DNA from: Candidatus Cloacimonadota bacterium
GTDB taxonomy: Bacteria > Cloacimonadota > Cloacimonadia > Cloacimonadales > WRIO01
Direction: 5' to 3'
DNA: 64,000 nt
Assembly (NCBI GenBank): GCA_029564175.1
Contig: JAKQQL010000440.1
Location: forward strand, 9,155-73,154
Shown piece after piece: positions 29,541 through 38,592 of this stretch (positions are counted from its first letter, which is position 1; each line of letters starts with the position of its first letter). A program made the translations under genes and the position numbers. The notes beneath the pieces are model-generated. The model was not told where the DNA came from, ran no database searches, and was given only the letters and a program-made list of their open reading frames with translations.

Positions 29541-30410
29541 ATGTTTAATCGAGTCAATATGGTAATATGTTTTGTTTTGCTTTTTTCAGTTCTCTCAGGA
29601 AAAGCTAAGAATCCAGAAAATATTTACTTGTTTATTTACGAAGGCAAAGCATACGAGGTTGTTAAGGAACGCATGACATGGGAAAATGCTACTGGATTTG
29701 CTGTCAGCAGAGGAGGATATCTTGTAGAAATCAATAATGAGGCTGAACAAACTGCTGTTTATCAGGCTATCATCAATGGGGCTCAGATACCAACAAATTA
29801 CACAAGTGTATCTAATGGTGGAGGTATTGCTTATGTTTGGATTGGTGCAACAGATCAGAATCAGGAAGGAATATGGCTTTGGGATGGGAACAACGATCAA
29901 ATGGGTACTCATTTCTGGTCAGGTCAGGGAACAAACGGCGGGGGAGATGGATCTTCAGAAAATAATGCATATTATAACTGGGGTGGCAGTTCTTTAGGTT
30001 TTCCAAAAGAACCTGATAACTGGAATAATGATCAAAACTATGGCGCGATGGCATTAGCAGGTTGGCCTGCTGGTACAAACAATCTTGGTACAGCTGGTGA
30101 ATGGAATGATATTATGGGCGTTTATCAACTCTATTTTGTGATTGAATACAATGGACCTACCGGATCAAATGATATCCTGATAGATTCACCGAGTCAATTT
30201 TCTATTTTCCCAAATCCAGCGACTCAAACCGTTAAAATTGACCGACCTGAGTTGATTCGTTCAGTTGAAATTTTCAATATCAAAGGGCAATGTTTACAGA
30301 AAACAACACGTAATGAAATTGACTTAACACAATATAAAAAAGGGATATATTTATTCAGAATTAAGAGTGATTCTAATGAGTCTGTTCATAAAGTTATGAT
30401 AATGAATTAA
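29541..30410 (+). CDS. Secreted C-type lectin domain protein with T9SS-type C-terminal domain
   Basis: TWENA...GGYLVEINNEAEQ, VWIGATD...EGIWLW, EPD and WND motifs; CTD IFPNPAT...IFNIKGQ...KGIYL. Start set at ATG 29541 after GGAGG. Confidence 0.82.
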   Translation: MFNRVNMVICFVLLFSVLSGKAKNPENIYLFIYEGKAYEVVKERMTWENATGFAVSRGGYLVEINNEAEQTAVYQAIINGAQIPTNYTSVSNGGGIAYVWIGATDQNQEGIWLWDGNNDQMGTHFWSGQGTNGGGDGSSENNAYYNWGGSSLGFPKEPDNWNNDQNYGAMALAGWPAGTNNLGTAGEWNDIMGVYQLYFVIEYNGPTGSNDILIDSPSQFSIFPNPATQTVKIDRPELIRSVEIFNIKGQCLQKTTRNEIDLTQYKKGIYLFRIKSDSNESVHKVMIMN

Positions 30411-30639
30411 TCATTTTAATATAGTATTTCACAAAATCATTTGTACTGGTACTAATAGATTGTGTCAATCTGACTACTTTATTGTATCTTTATTTTCGAT
30501 GATTGAAGTTCGATTTTAAAACCACTGAATACAAATGCTTTTTATTAAAAAAAAAATTATTAACAAAAAAGATCAATTAGTTGATAGAGAAAATGACTAT
30601 TTTTTAATTAAATTAAAATTTATAAGCCTAAAGGATATG

Positions 30640-30672
30640 ATAAGGAAAGTATAAGGATGGTATAAGGAAAGA
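30640..30672 (+). repeat. Three 11-bp direct repeats (ATAAGGAWRGW)
   Basis: ataaggaaagt-ataaggatggt-ataaggaaaga. Confidence 0.6.
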
Positions 30673-30899
30673 AAAGACACGAAATACCCAAAAAAGATGT
30701 TTATAGGTATATTTATATATAAAATACTTAAAAAGATGTTTGAATAATAGAAATATGATGAGAAATCTTTTTATTATGCTAGCTTTTAAGAAAAATGTTT
30801 GCAAAAATAAAAAAACAATTTAAAACATTTCTGTAAATTTATCTGTTTTTTGTCCTTTTACCCATCTTTTAACAGAATTGTATTTTGAAAAGAAAATGA

Positions 30900-30928
30900 T
30901 TGACATGATAGTAAAAATATTGTATTTT
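30900..30928 (+). promoter_or_regulatory. Sigma70-type promoter for lepA-hydA
   Basis: TTGACA-17 nt-TATTTT (TG extended), followed by GGAGG at 30936. Confidence 0.62.
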
Positions 30929-30950
30929 GTATTCTGGAGGAAAAAATAGA

Positions 30951-32750
30951 ATGGAATTAGAGTTTATAAGAAATTTTTGTATCATAGCTCATATAGATCA
31001 TGGCAAGTCAACGCTTGCTGACCGGTTTTTAGAAGAGACTCATGTGATAGATAAATCCAATGGCGTAGCTCAGGTCCTGGATGATATGGATTTGGAGCGT
31101 GAAAAAGGAATAACGATCAAGTCTCATGCAATCAGAATGTTGCATGAGTATAAGGGTAAAAGCTACATTTTTAATCTGATAGACACCCCAGGACATGTGG
31201 ATTTTTCCTACGAAGTATCCCGAAGTCTCGCCTCATGTGAAGGCGCTTTGTTACTGGTTGATGCTTCACAGGGAGTTGAAGCACAGACCATGAGTAACCT
31301 TTATCTGGCAATGGAGAATGATCTGGAAATAGTCCCTGTCATTAATAAAATTGATTTACCGGGAGCAGATATTGAAAATGCAGAACATGAGCTGATGGAT
31401 ATTATTGGTATTGATAAAGCCAGTATTTTTAAGGTTTCTGCTAAAACGGGACTGAATGTGAAAGAATTACTTGATGGTGTTGTTGAAAAAATACCTGCAC
31501 CTCAGGGGGATCCTGGTGCACCAGTAAAGGCTTTGATATTTGATTCATTTTATGATACTTTCAGAGGTGTCATTGTTTTAGTTCGTATGTATGATGGCAC
31601 TTTAAACAAAAATGACAAGATCAAACTGATGTCCACCAATGTGGAGTATGATATTGAAGAAATTGGGTATCTGGGAATAAAATTAGAACCAAACAGCTGT
31701 TTAAAAGCAGGAGAAGTTGGATATATTATCGCAAAAATCAAAGAAGTATCAGACGCACGAGTGGGCGATACTATTACCACCGCTAAGAATGGAATCACGG
31801 AAGGTCTAAAAGGATATCAAGAACCTAAACCTATGGTATTTTCTGGTATTTTTCCTATGGATAGCAATGATTATGAAGATTTACGTGACAGCATGGCAAA
31901 GCTGAAATTGAATGATTCTTCTTTAATTTATGAGCTGGAAAATTCTCTGGCATTGGGTTTTGGTTTTAGATGTGGCTTTCTTGGTATGTTGCATTTAGAG
32001 ATTGTGAAAGAGAGACTTTGGAGAGAGTATAGTATATCTGTACTGACTACTACACCATCGGTGAGCTTTGAAGTTTATATGAATGATGGGACAATGATCA
32101 TCTGTAATAATCCGGTTGAATTACCTGATCCAGTAAAAATAGATTATATCAGAGAACCTGTGATGAACACAGAAATCATTGTGCCAACAGATTATGTTGG
32201 CAATATTATGAAACTATGTCAGGACAGACGTGGTATTCAAAAAGATATGCAATGTATTGACCCCAAAAGAGTGGCATTACATTATGAAATACCCTTAATA
32301 GAAATAGTGTTCGATTTTTATGATAAACTTAAATCTGTAAGTCGCGGTTATGCGTCACTGGATTATTCATTTAAGGAGTACAGGAAATCAGAAATTGTTA
32401 AAGTGGATATTTTAATTAATGCTGAAAAGGTCGATGCAATGTCTTTCATGTGTCACAGGGATAAATCCTTTGAATGGGGTAAGAGTGTAACAGATACCTT
32501 AAAGGATGTGATTCCACAACACTTATTTAAAATCGCATTGCAGGCGAGTATTGGAGCAAAAATTATTGCCCGTAGTACAATCAACGCATTAAGAAAGAAT
32601 GTGTTAGCGAAGTGCTATGGAGGAGATATCACACGTAAGAAGAAATTGCTGGAAAAACAGAAAGAGGGTAAAAAAAGAATGCGCGAGATAGGCAATGTTC
32701 AAATCCCTCAGGAAGCATTTTTAGCTGTGTTAAAAACCGAAAGAAACTAA
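30951..32750 (+). CDS. lepA: Translation elongation factor 4
   Basis: IRNFCIIAHIDHGKSTLADR, DTPGHVDF, NKID, GFGFRCGFLG, KCYGGDITRKKKLLEKQKEGKK. Start at ATG 30951 after GGAGG. Confidence 0.97.
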   Translation: MELEFIRNFCIIAHIDHGKSTLADRFLEETHVIDKSNGVAQVLDDMDLEREKGITIKSHAIRMLHEYKGKSYIFNLIDTPGHVDFSYEVSRSLASCEGALLLVDASQGVEAQTMSNLYLAMENDLEIVPVINKIDLPGADIENAEHELMDIIGIDKASIFKVSAKTGLNVKELLDGVVEKIPAPQGDPGAPVKALIFDSFYDTFRGVIVLVRMYDGTLNKNDKIKLMSTNVEYDIEEIGYLGIKLEPNSCLKAGEVGYIIAKIKEVSDARVGDTITTAKNGITEGLKGYQEPKPMVFSGIFPMDSNDYEDLRDSMAKLKLNDSSLIYELENSLALGFGFRCGFLGMLHLEIVKERLWREYSISVLTTTPSVSFEVYMNDGTMIICNNPVELPDPVKIDYIREPVMNTEIIVPTDYVGNIMKLCQDRRGIQKDMQCIDPKRVALHYEIPLIEIVFDFYDKLKSVSRGYASLDYSFKEYRKSEIVKVDILINAEKVDAMSFMCHRDKSFEWGKSVTDTLKDVIPQHLFKIALQASIGAKIIARSTINALRKNVLAKCYGGDITRKKKLLEKQKEGKKRMREIGNVQIPQEAFLAVLKTERN

Positions 32751-32764
32751 TAAAAGGAGTCATT

Positions 32765-34513
32765 ATGGTAACTGTTTATGTTAATAACGTCCCAGTTGAA
32801 GTACATCATGAGACAAAAATTCTTCATGCATGTACAAAAGCCGGTTATTTCGTCCCAACTTTATGTTATCATCAGGATCTTGAACCTTCGTCAGGTTGCG
32901 GAATCTGTATGGTTGAAGCCAATGGTAGATTTGTAAGAGCCTGCTCGACACCTGTAGAACCTAATATGAAAATTGTTACAGATACAAAGGTTCTGATGGA
33001 TCTTCGAAAAAATGCGTTAAAAATCATCCTGCTCAGTCATCCAAATAATTGCCCTGTGTGCGTAAAAAATGGTCGTTGTGAGCTTCAAAAGTTATCACAG
33101 CAATTAGGGGTACAAGATCTTCCTGGTGAACAATTGGACAGATCTCATCTGAAAAAAGATACATCATCCCCTTCTATCACTATGGATCCGGCTTACTGTA
33201 TTCAGTGTGGCAGATGTATAACAGCTTGTAATGATATTCAGGGTGTACATGCGATTCAATATGTAAACAGAGGATTTGATACAATCGTCGCACCTAGCTT
33301 TAAAAGACCGCTTGAAAGTTCTGAATGTGTGAAATGTGGTCAGTGCTCAACATACTGTCCTGTAGCAGCTATCTATGAAGCAGATGATTCAGATGCTGTT
33401 TGGGCAGCTTTAGATGATCCTGATAAAATCTGTGTCGTTCAGGAAGCACCTGCTGTCAGAGTGGCTCTTGGTGAAGAATTTGGTTTACCTGTCGGAACAA
33501 ACGTTGTTGGTAAGATGTACACTGCCTTAAGAAGATTAGGTTTTAACTATGTCTTTGATACAAACTTTGGTGCAGATTTGACTATTATGGAAGAAGCAAC
33601 AGAGTTGGCTCATATATTAACCCATAAGCCAGAAGAATTACCTTTGATTACTTCTTGTTGTCCATCATGGGTTGATTACATGGAAAAATTCTATGATGAT
33701 TTAATTCCTCATTTCTCTACCGCAAAATCTCCTCATCAAATGGTTGGCACAATGACAAAAACTTATTGGGCACAAAAAATGAATGTTGCTCCAGAGAAGA
33801 TATTCCTTGTTTCAGTCATGCCATGTACCGCTAAAAAATATGAAATTGAACGGCTTGAAGATATGTATGCTTCTGGTTATAAAGATGTCGATGTAACCAT
33901 TACTACCAGAGAACTGGCAAGAATGATAAAAATGAGAGGTATTGATTTTGTTAATCTGCCAGATGGAACCGTGGATAATCCGCTTGGAGAATATACTGGT
34001 GCAGGTACAATTTTTGGAGCCTCAGGTGGTGTAATGGAAGCTGCATTAAGAACTGGTTATTATTTAGTCACTGGTGAAGATATGCCTGATCCAAAGATTG
34101 AATTTGTCAGAGGACATAAAGGTATAAAAACCGGTGAGATAACCATTGCAGGAATTACCTTAAAGATAGCAGTCGCTTCTGGATTAGCTAATGTGGCTGA
34201 GCTGTTGGATAGAATAAGAGAAGACAAAGCCGCTGGCAGACCACCATCCTACCACTTTATTGAAGTTATGGCATGTCGTGGCGGTTGCGTTGGCGGTGGC
34301 GGTCAACCTTATACCTCTTCAAATGTCATCAGATATCAGCGTTCACTTGGCTTGTATAAAGAAGATGATGATTTAGAACTCAAACATTCTCATCACAATC
34401 CATCCATTAAAAAAGTATATGATGAATTCCTGGAAAAACCAAATTCTCATAAAGCCCATAAACTTTTACATACCAGCTATATCCCAAGACCAGTTGGAAA
34501 AACAAATAAATAA
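32765..34513 (+). CDS. hydA: [FeFe]-hydrogenase group A catalytic subunit with N-terminal 2Fe-2S, His/Cys 4Fe-4S and 2x4Fe-4S domains
   Basis: H-cluster motifs TSCCPSW, MPCTAKKYE and EVMACRGGCVGGGGQP; HxxxCxxC; two CxxCxxC...CP ferredoxin motifs. Confidence 0.94.
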   Translation: MVTVYVNNVPVEVHHETKILHACTKAGYFVPTLCYHQDLEPSSGCGICMVEANGRFVRACSTPVEPNMKIVTDTKVLMDLRKNALKIILLSHPNNCPVCVKNGRCELQKLSQQLGVQDLPGEQLDRSHLKKDTSSPSITMDPAYCIQCGRCITACNDIQGVHAIQYVNRGFDTIVAPSFKRPLESSECVKCGQCSTYCPVAAIYEADDSDAVWAALDDPDKICVVQEAPAVRVALGEEFGLPVGTNVVGKMYTALRRLGFNYVFDTNFGADLTIMEEATELAHILTHKPEELPLITSCCPSWVDYMEKFYDDLIPHFSTAKSPHQMVGTMTKTYWAQKMNVAPEKIFLVSVMPCTAKKYEIERLEDMYASGYKDVDVTITTRELARMIKMRGIDFVNLPDGTVDNPLGEYTGAGTIFGASGGVMEAALRTGYYLVTGEDMPDPKIEFVRGHKGIKTGEITIAGITLKIAVASGLANVAELLDRIREDKAAGRPPSYHFIEVMACRGGCVGGGGQPYTSSNVIRYQRSLGLYKEDDDLELKHSHHNPSIKKVYDEFLEKPNSHKAHKLLHTSYIPRPVGKTNK

Positions 34514-34527
34514 ATAAAATGAATAAT

Positions 34528-34562
34528 AAGCAGACTTGTTTAAAAAAAGCAAGTCTGCTTTT
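34528..34562 (+). terminator. Intrinsic terminator after hydA
   Basis: aagcagacttg...caagtctgctt followed by tt. Confidence 0.8.
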
Positions 34563-34605
34563 CTATTCGGGCTCATAAATTGATAGAAATATGGAGATTT
34601 AGATA

Positions 34606-34634
34606 TTGACAATTTCAAGAGTTGAAGCTAAAGT
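34606..34634 (+). promoter_or_regulatory. Sigma70-type promoter for the FDH gene
   Basis: TTGACA-17 nt-TAAAGT. Confidence 0.6.
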
Positions 34635-34672
34635 TAGACTTTTTAGAAAGGCATAAAATTCAGGGATCACGT

Positions 34673-37354
34673 ATGCAGATTGATATAAATGGAACTATTT
34701 GTGACGCTTTTTCTGATCAGACTATTCTACAGGTTGCCAGAAAAAATAATATTTATATCCCTTCCCTTTGTTATCATAACAAGACAGGTTCTGGGGGGAA
34801 ATGCAGGGTTTGTATGGTTGAAGTTGAAGGAACCCCTGATTTAGTAACATCCTGTAATGTCTTTTGTAAAGAGGGAATGAAGATTCGTACCGATACTCAA
34901 ATGGTACTGGAAGCTCAAAAAGTGGTTGTTGATCTGATTCTGTCTTCTGGCAAACATAACTGTCTGACTTGTGAGAAAAACGGAGATTGTGAGTTACAGG
35001 AGGCTGCCTATTATTTAGGCATAGAAAATCCTTCATTTCATATAGATAATGACTCTTATGAAAAGGATAATAGCAGTGAATTCATTTCTGTAAACCGAGA
35101 AATTTGTATAGCCTGTGGCCGTTGTGTCAGAGGATGTAACTATACAGTTGTAAATGAAGTGATTGATTACGGTCAGCGTGGTTTTCAAACTCAAATAATC
35201 TTTGATAATAATAAAAGCATGGGGACTTCGTCTTGTGTTCAATGTGGTGAATGTGTTCAGTTGTGTCCTGTTGGTTGTTTATCAGATAAAAATGCAAAGG
35301 GAAAAGGCCGACCATGGCAACTGAAGAAGATTGAATCAGTGTGTACTTACTGTGGAGTGGGTTGTAAAATTCATCTACATATTGATGAATCTAAAAATAA
35401 AATAATCAGAATAACGGGTGTAGAAGAATCAATTGTCAACAAAGGGATGTTGTGTATAAAAGGCCGTTATGGATTTGATTTTGTTAATAGTTCAGAACGG
35501 CTGAAGACACCATTGATAAAAGAAAATGGCACTTTCAGAGAAACGAGTTGGGAAGAAGCAATATCATTCACTGTAAAGCGTTTTAAAGAGATTAAGAATC
35601 AATACGGAGCAGATGCGATATCCGGTTTATGTTCTGCAAAAGTGACTAATGAAGAAAACTTTGCCTTCATGAAGTTTATGAGAAGAGAAATTGGTACCAA
35701 CAATATTGATCACTGTGCACGGCTTTGCCATTCTTCTACAGTAGCAGGTCTGGCTGCTACTCTAGGAAGCGGAGCAATGACGAATGATATTGCCGGTATA
35801 AAAAAAGCGGATGTTATTTTGATAATCGGTTCTGATACTTCTGAAGCACATCCTGTTATTGCTGCTCATATTAAACAGGCTGTTCGACTGGGAAAAACAA
35901 AATTGATTGTTATTGATCCCAAGAGAGTTAAAATGGCGGATTATGCTACTATTTATGCCTCTATGAAACCAGGAACGGATGTGGCTTTATTAAACTGTTT
36001 GATGCAGATTATTATCACGAATAACTGGCATGATATGGATTTTATAAACAAGCGAACGGAGGATTTTGAACTTTTTAAAACAGAAGTGATATCAGATCAG
36101 TATAAGCCAGAAAGAGTATCATTACTTTCTAATGTTCCGGAAGCTACTCTTTTTGAAATTGCAGAGTTGTTTGGAAAAGCTGAGACTGCTTCTGTTTTTT
36201 ATGCGATGGGTATTACACAGCATCATACTGGAACAGATAATGTGATGAGTTTATCAAACTTACAGCTTCTTTGTGGAAATTTTGGTAAAGAGGGAGGAGG
36301 TTTAAATCCGCTAAGAGGGCAATCGAATGTTCAAGGCGCCTGTGATATGGGCGGATTGCCTGATGTGCTGAGTGGGTATCAAAAAATTAATGATTCTCTG
36401 GTAAAGGCAAAGTTTGAAAAAGCCTGGGGGAGAAGTCTGTCTGAAAAACCTGGATTAACTTTGATGGAAATGATAAAACAGGCAGATAATGGTCTCATAA
36501 AAAGTCTATATATTATGGGAGAAAATCCTTTACTCTCTGATCCAGATCAAAATCATATGATTAGTGTTTTTAAAAAACTTGATTTTATTGTTGTTCAGGA
36601 TATTTTTATGACTGAGACTGCTCAAATGGCTCATGTTGTCTTTCCTGCTGCTTCATTTGCTGAAAAGACAGGTCATTTTACCAACACTGAACGTCGTGTT
36701 CAGAGACTGAATAAAGCAATAAAATCTCCTGGTCTGGCAAAACCCGACTGGCAGATTATTCAAATGCTGGCTAATAGTATGGGAGGAAACTGGACTTATG
36801 ATTCAGAAAAAGATATCTGGGAAGAAATCACAGAACTAACACCCTCATATTCTGGAATTAAATGGGGTAGAGATGGGATTCAATGGCCATGTCCTTCTCC
36901 TGATCATATGGGCACTCCTGTTCTTCATAAAGATAGATTTACACGCGGTCTTGGACTTTTTAAAGCCATTGGATATAAGTCTCCTGCTGAGTTAACAGAT
37001 GACAATTATCCCCTGATTCTGACAACAGGTAGAATTCTTCAGCACTATCATACAGGTACACTCACCAGGAAAACGGAAGGATTGAATCATTTAGCTAAGC
37101 CAATGGTTATGATATCCGTAGATGATGCAGAAAATCTGAGTCTTTCTAATAGTGAAATTGTCAAAGTAAGCTCAAGACGAGGTGAGATAGAATTACCTGC
37201 TTTTGTTACCAGACGTATTCAAAAAGGAGTTGTATTTATACCGTTTCATTATCATGAAGCTCCGGCTAATAAACTGACACTTACTGAACTGGATCCCATA
37301 TCAAAGATACCAGAATTAAAGGTATGTGCAGTAAAAATATCAAAAATAAAATGA
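34673..37354 (+). CDS. fdhF: Formate dehydrogenase alpha subunit (Mo/W-bisPGD, Cys ligand) with NuoG-like N-terminal FeS domains
   Basis: N-terminal 2Fe-2S and 4Fe-4S motifs, CTYCGVGC...CIKG, IDHCARLCHSST active site, LRGQSNVQG, TNTERR, LTTGR. Probable start ATG 34673, downstream of the promoter. Confidence 0.92.
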   Translation: MQIDINGTICDAFSDQTILQVARKNNIYIPSLCYHNKTGSGGKCRVCMVEVEGTPDLVTSCNVFCKEGMKIRTDTQMVLEAQKVVVDLILSSGKHNCLTCEKNGDCELQEAAYYLGIENPSFHIDNDSYEKDNSSEFISVNREICIACGRCVRGCNYTVVNEVIDYGQRGFQTQIIFDNNKSMGTSSCVQCGECVQLCPVGCLSDKNAKGKGRPWQLKKIESVCTYCGVGCKIHLHIDESKNKIIRITGVEESIVNKGMLCIKGRYGFDFVNSSERLKTPLIKENGTFRETSWEEAISFTVKRFKEIKNQYGADAISGLCSAKVTNEENFAFMKFMRREIGTNNIDHCARLCHSSTVAGLAATLGSGAMTNDIAGIKKADVILIIGSDTSEAHPVIAAHIKQAVRLGKTKLIVIDPKRVKMADYATIYASMKPGTDVALLNCLMQIIITNNWHDMDFINKRTEDFELFKTEVISDQYKPERVSLLSNVPEATLFEIAELFGKAETASVFYAMGITQHHTGTDNVMSLSNLQLLCGNFGKEGGGLNPLRGQSNVQGACDMGGLPDVLSGYQKINDSLVKAKFEKAWGRSLSEKPGLTLMEMIKQADNGLIKSLYIMGENPLLSDPDQNHMISVFKKLDFIVVQDIFMTETAQMAHVVFPAASFAEKTGHFTNTERRVQRLNKAIKSPGLAKPDWQIIQMLANSMGGNWTYDSEKDIWEEITELTPSYSGIKWGRDGIQWPCPSPDHMGTPVLHKDRFTRGLGLFKAIGYKSPAELTDDNYPLILTTGRILQHYHTGTLTRKTEGLNHLAKPMVMISVDDAENLSLSNSEIVKVSSRRGEIELPAFVTRRIQKGVVFIPFHYHEAPANKLTLTELDPISKIPELKVCAVKISKIK

Positions 37355-37408
37355 GCTTTTTGTTTTCATAGAAAATTGACTTTAAACGTTTATTAAAAAA
37401 GGAAAAAT

Positions 37409-38548
37409 ATGTACGAATATCAAAAGAATAAACGCTACTTTATTCAGGTAGCAGGTTCATTAGAAAAACACGCGGCTGAAGAACTTCAACAGATCGGTGC
37501 ACAAGTATTGCAAGAGTTCCCAAGAGGTCTTAGGATCAGTTGTGATAAAGAAACACTCTATAAGATAGTTTATACTTCCAGATTGAGTCAACGCGTACTC
37601 GCTCCATTAATCTCATTTCAATGCCATAGTGAAAAGTATTTATATACTCAGGCTTCGAATATAAACTGGACATCCATGTTTTCTTTAAGTAGTACCTTTA
37701 GTATTACATCGAATGTCAGCAGGAGCAAAATTCAACATTCATTGTATGCAGGACAAATTTTAAAAGATGCGATATGTGATCAGTTTAGAGATCAATTTGG
37801 TGCCAGACCTGATTTTAAGACCAGGGACGCAGACATTAACTTTAATCTGCACATATCAGATAACTGGGCAAGTATCTATCTGGATGTGGCCGGAATCAGT
37901 TTACATAAAAGAGGTTACAGAAAAACTTCTTATACGGCTCCATTGCAGGAAACACTGGCGGCAGTGATTATTAAACTGTGTGAATGGGATAAGGAAACCC
38001 TTTTGCATGATGTAATGTGTGGTTCTGGTACATTACTGGCAGAAGCATTAATGCTCAAATGTAATATCCCTGCAGGATATCTGAGAAAAAGTGACAGTTT
38101 GAAATACATGCCTGATTTTGATGAAGCATTATGGGTTCGTATAAAAAATAAAGCTGATCAGGCTATAATACCTTTACCTGAAGGCTTAATCAAAGGTTCT
38201 GATGAAAATCCTGAAGCAATCGAAATTGCCAGAAACAATCTTGAAGATTTACCTTACGGTGATAGAATTGAATTGAAAACAGCCCGTTTTCAGGACTTAG
38301 AAACTGAAGGTAGTAAGATTGTGATTTGTAATCCCCCATACGGAATTCGTATAGGGGATAAAAATAGCATAGTTAAGCTCTATAATGACTTAGGAGATTT
38401 TTTAAAAAAGAAATGCCCTGCTTCAGTTGCTTATGTTCTATGTGGTAGTAATGAATTAGTTTCAGCTTTAAGACTCAGAGCCCATTGGAAAAAATCACTC
38501 AAGAATGCTGATCTGGAAGTGAAACTGGCAAAAATAATTATTAAATAA
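37409..38548 (+). CDS. THUMP-domain class I RNA methyltransferase (RlmL/YpsC-like)
   Basis: SLHKRGYR, APLQETLAA, DVMCGSGT, CNPPYG. Confidence 0.9.
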   Translation: MYEYQKNKRYFIQVAGSLEKHAAEELQQIGAQVLQEFPRGLRISCDKETLYKIVYTSRLSQRVLAPLISFQCHSEKYLYTQASNINWTSMFSLSSTFSITSNVSRSKIQHSLYAGQILKDAICDQFRDQFGARPDFKTRDADINFNLHISDNWASIYLDVAGISLHKRGYRKTSYTAPLQETLAAVIIKLCEWDKETLLHDVMCGSGTLLAEALMLKCNIPAGYLRKSDSLKYMPDFDEALWVRIKNKADQAIIPLPEGLIKGSDENPEAIEIARNNLEDLPYGDRIELKTARFQDLETEGSKIVICNPPYGIRIGDKNSIVKLYNDLGDFLKKKCPASVAYVLCGSNELVSALRLRAHWKKSLKNADLEVKLAKIIIK

Positions 38549-38550
38549 AA

Positions 38551-38576
38551 AAAGGCAAAGCAATTGCTTTGCCTTT
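38551..38576. terminator. Bidirectional terminator between convergent genes
   Basis: Perfect 26-bp palindrome aaaggcaaagcaattgctttgccttt. Confidence 0.82.
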
Positions 38577-38592
38577 AAAATATAGCAGATTA

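Noticed and set aside
34622..34672. Longer N-termini given by the ORF track (fdh 34622, lepA 30927, lectin 29505, aminotransferase 54820, kinase 19335, acpP 48036)
   Set aside because: Downstream ATGs have better RBS or promoter placement and match family N-termini.
35726..35728. Selenocysteine recoding in FDH
   Set aside because: The codon is TGC (Cys) and the ORF is uninterrupted; only the downstream hairpin is notable.
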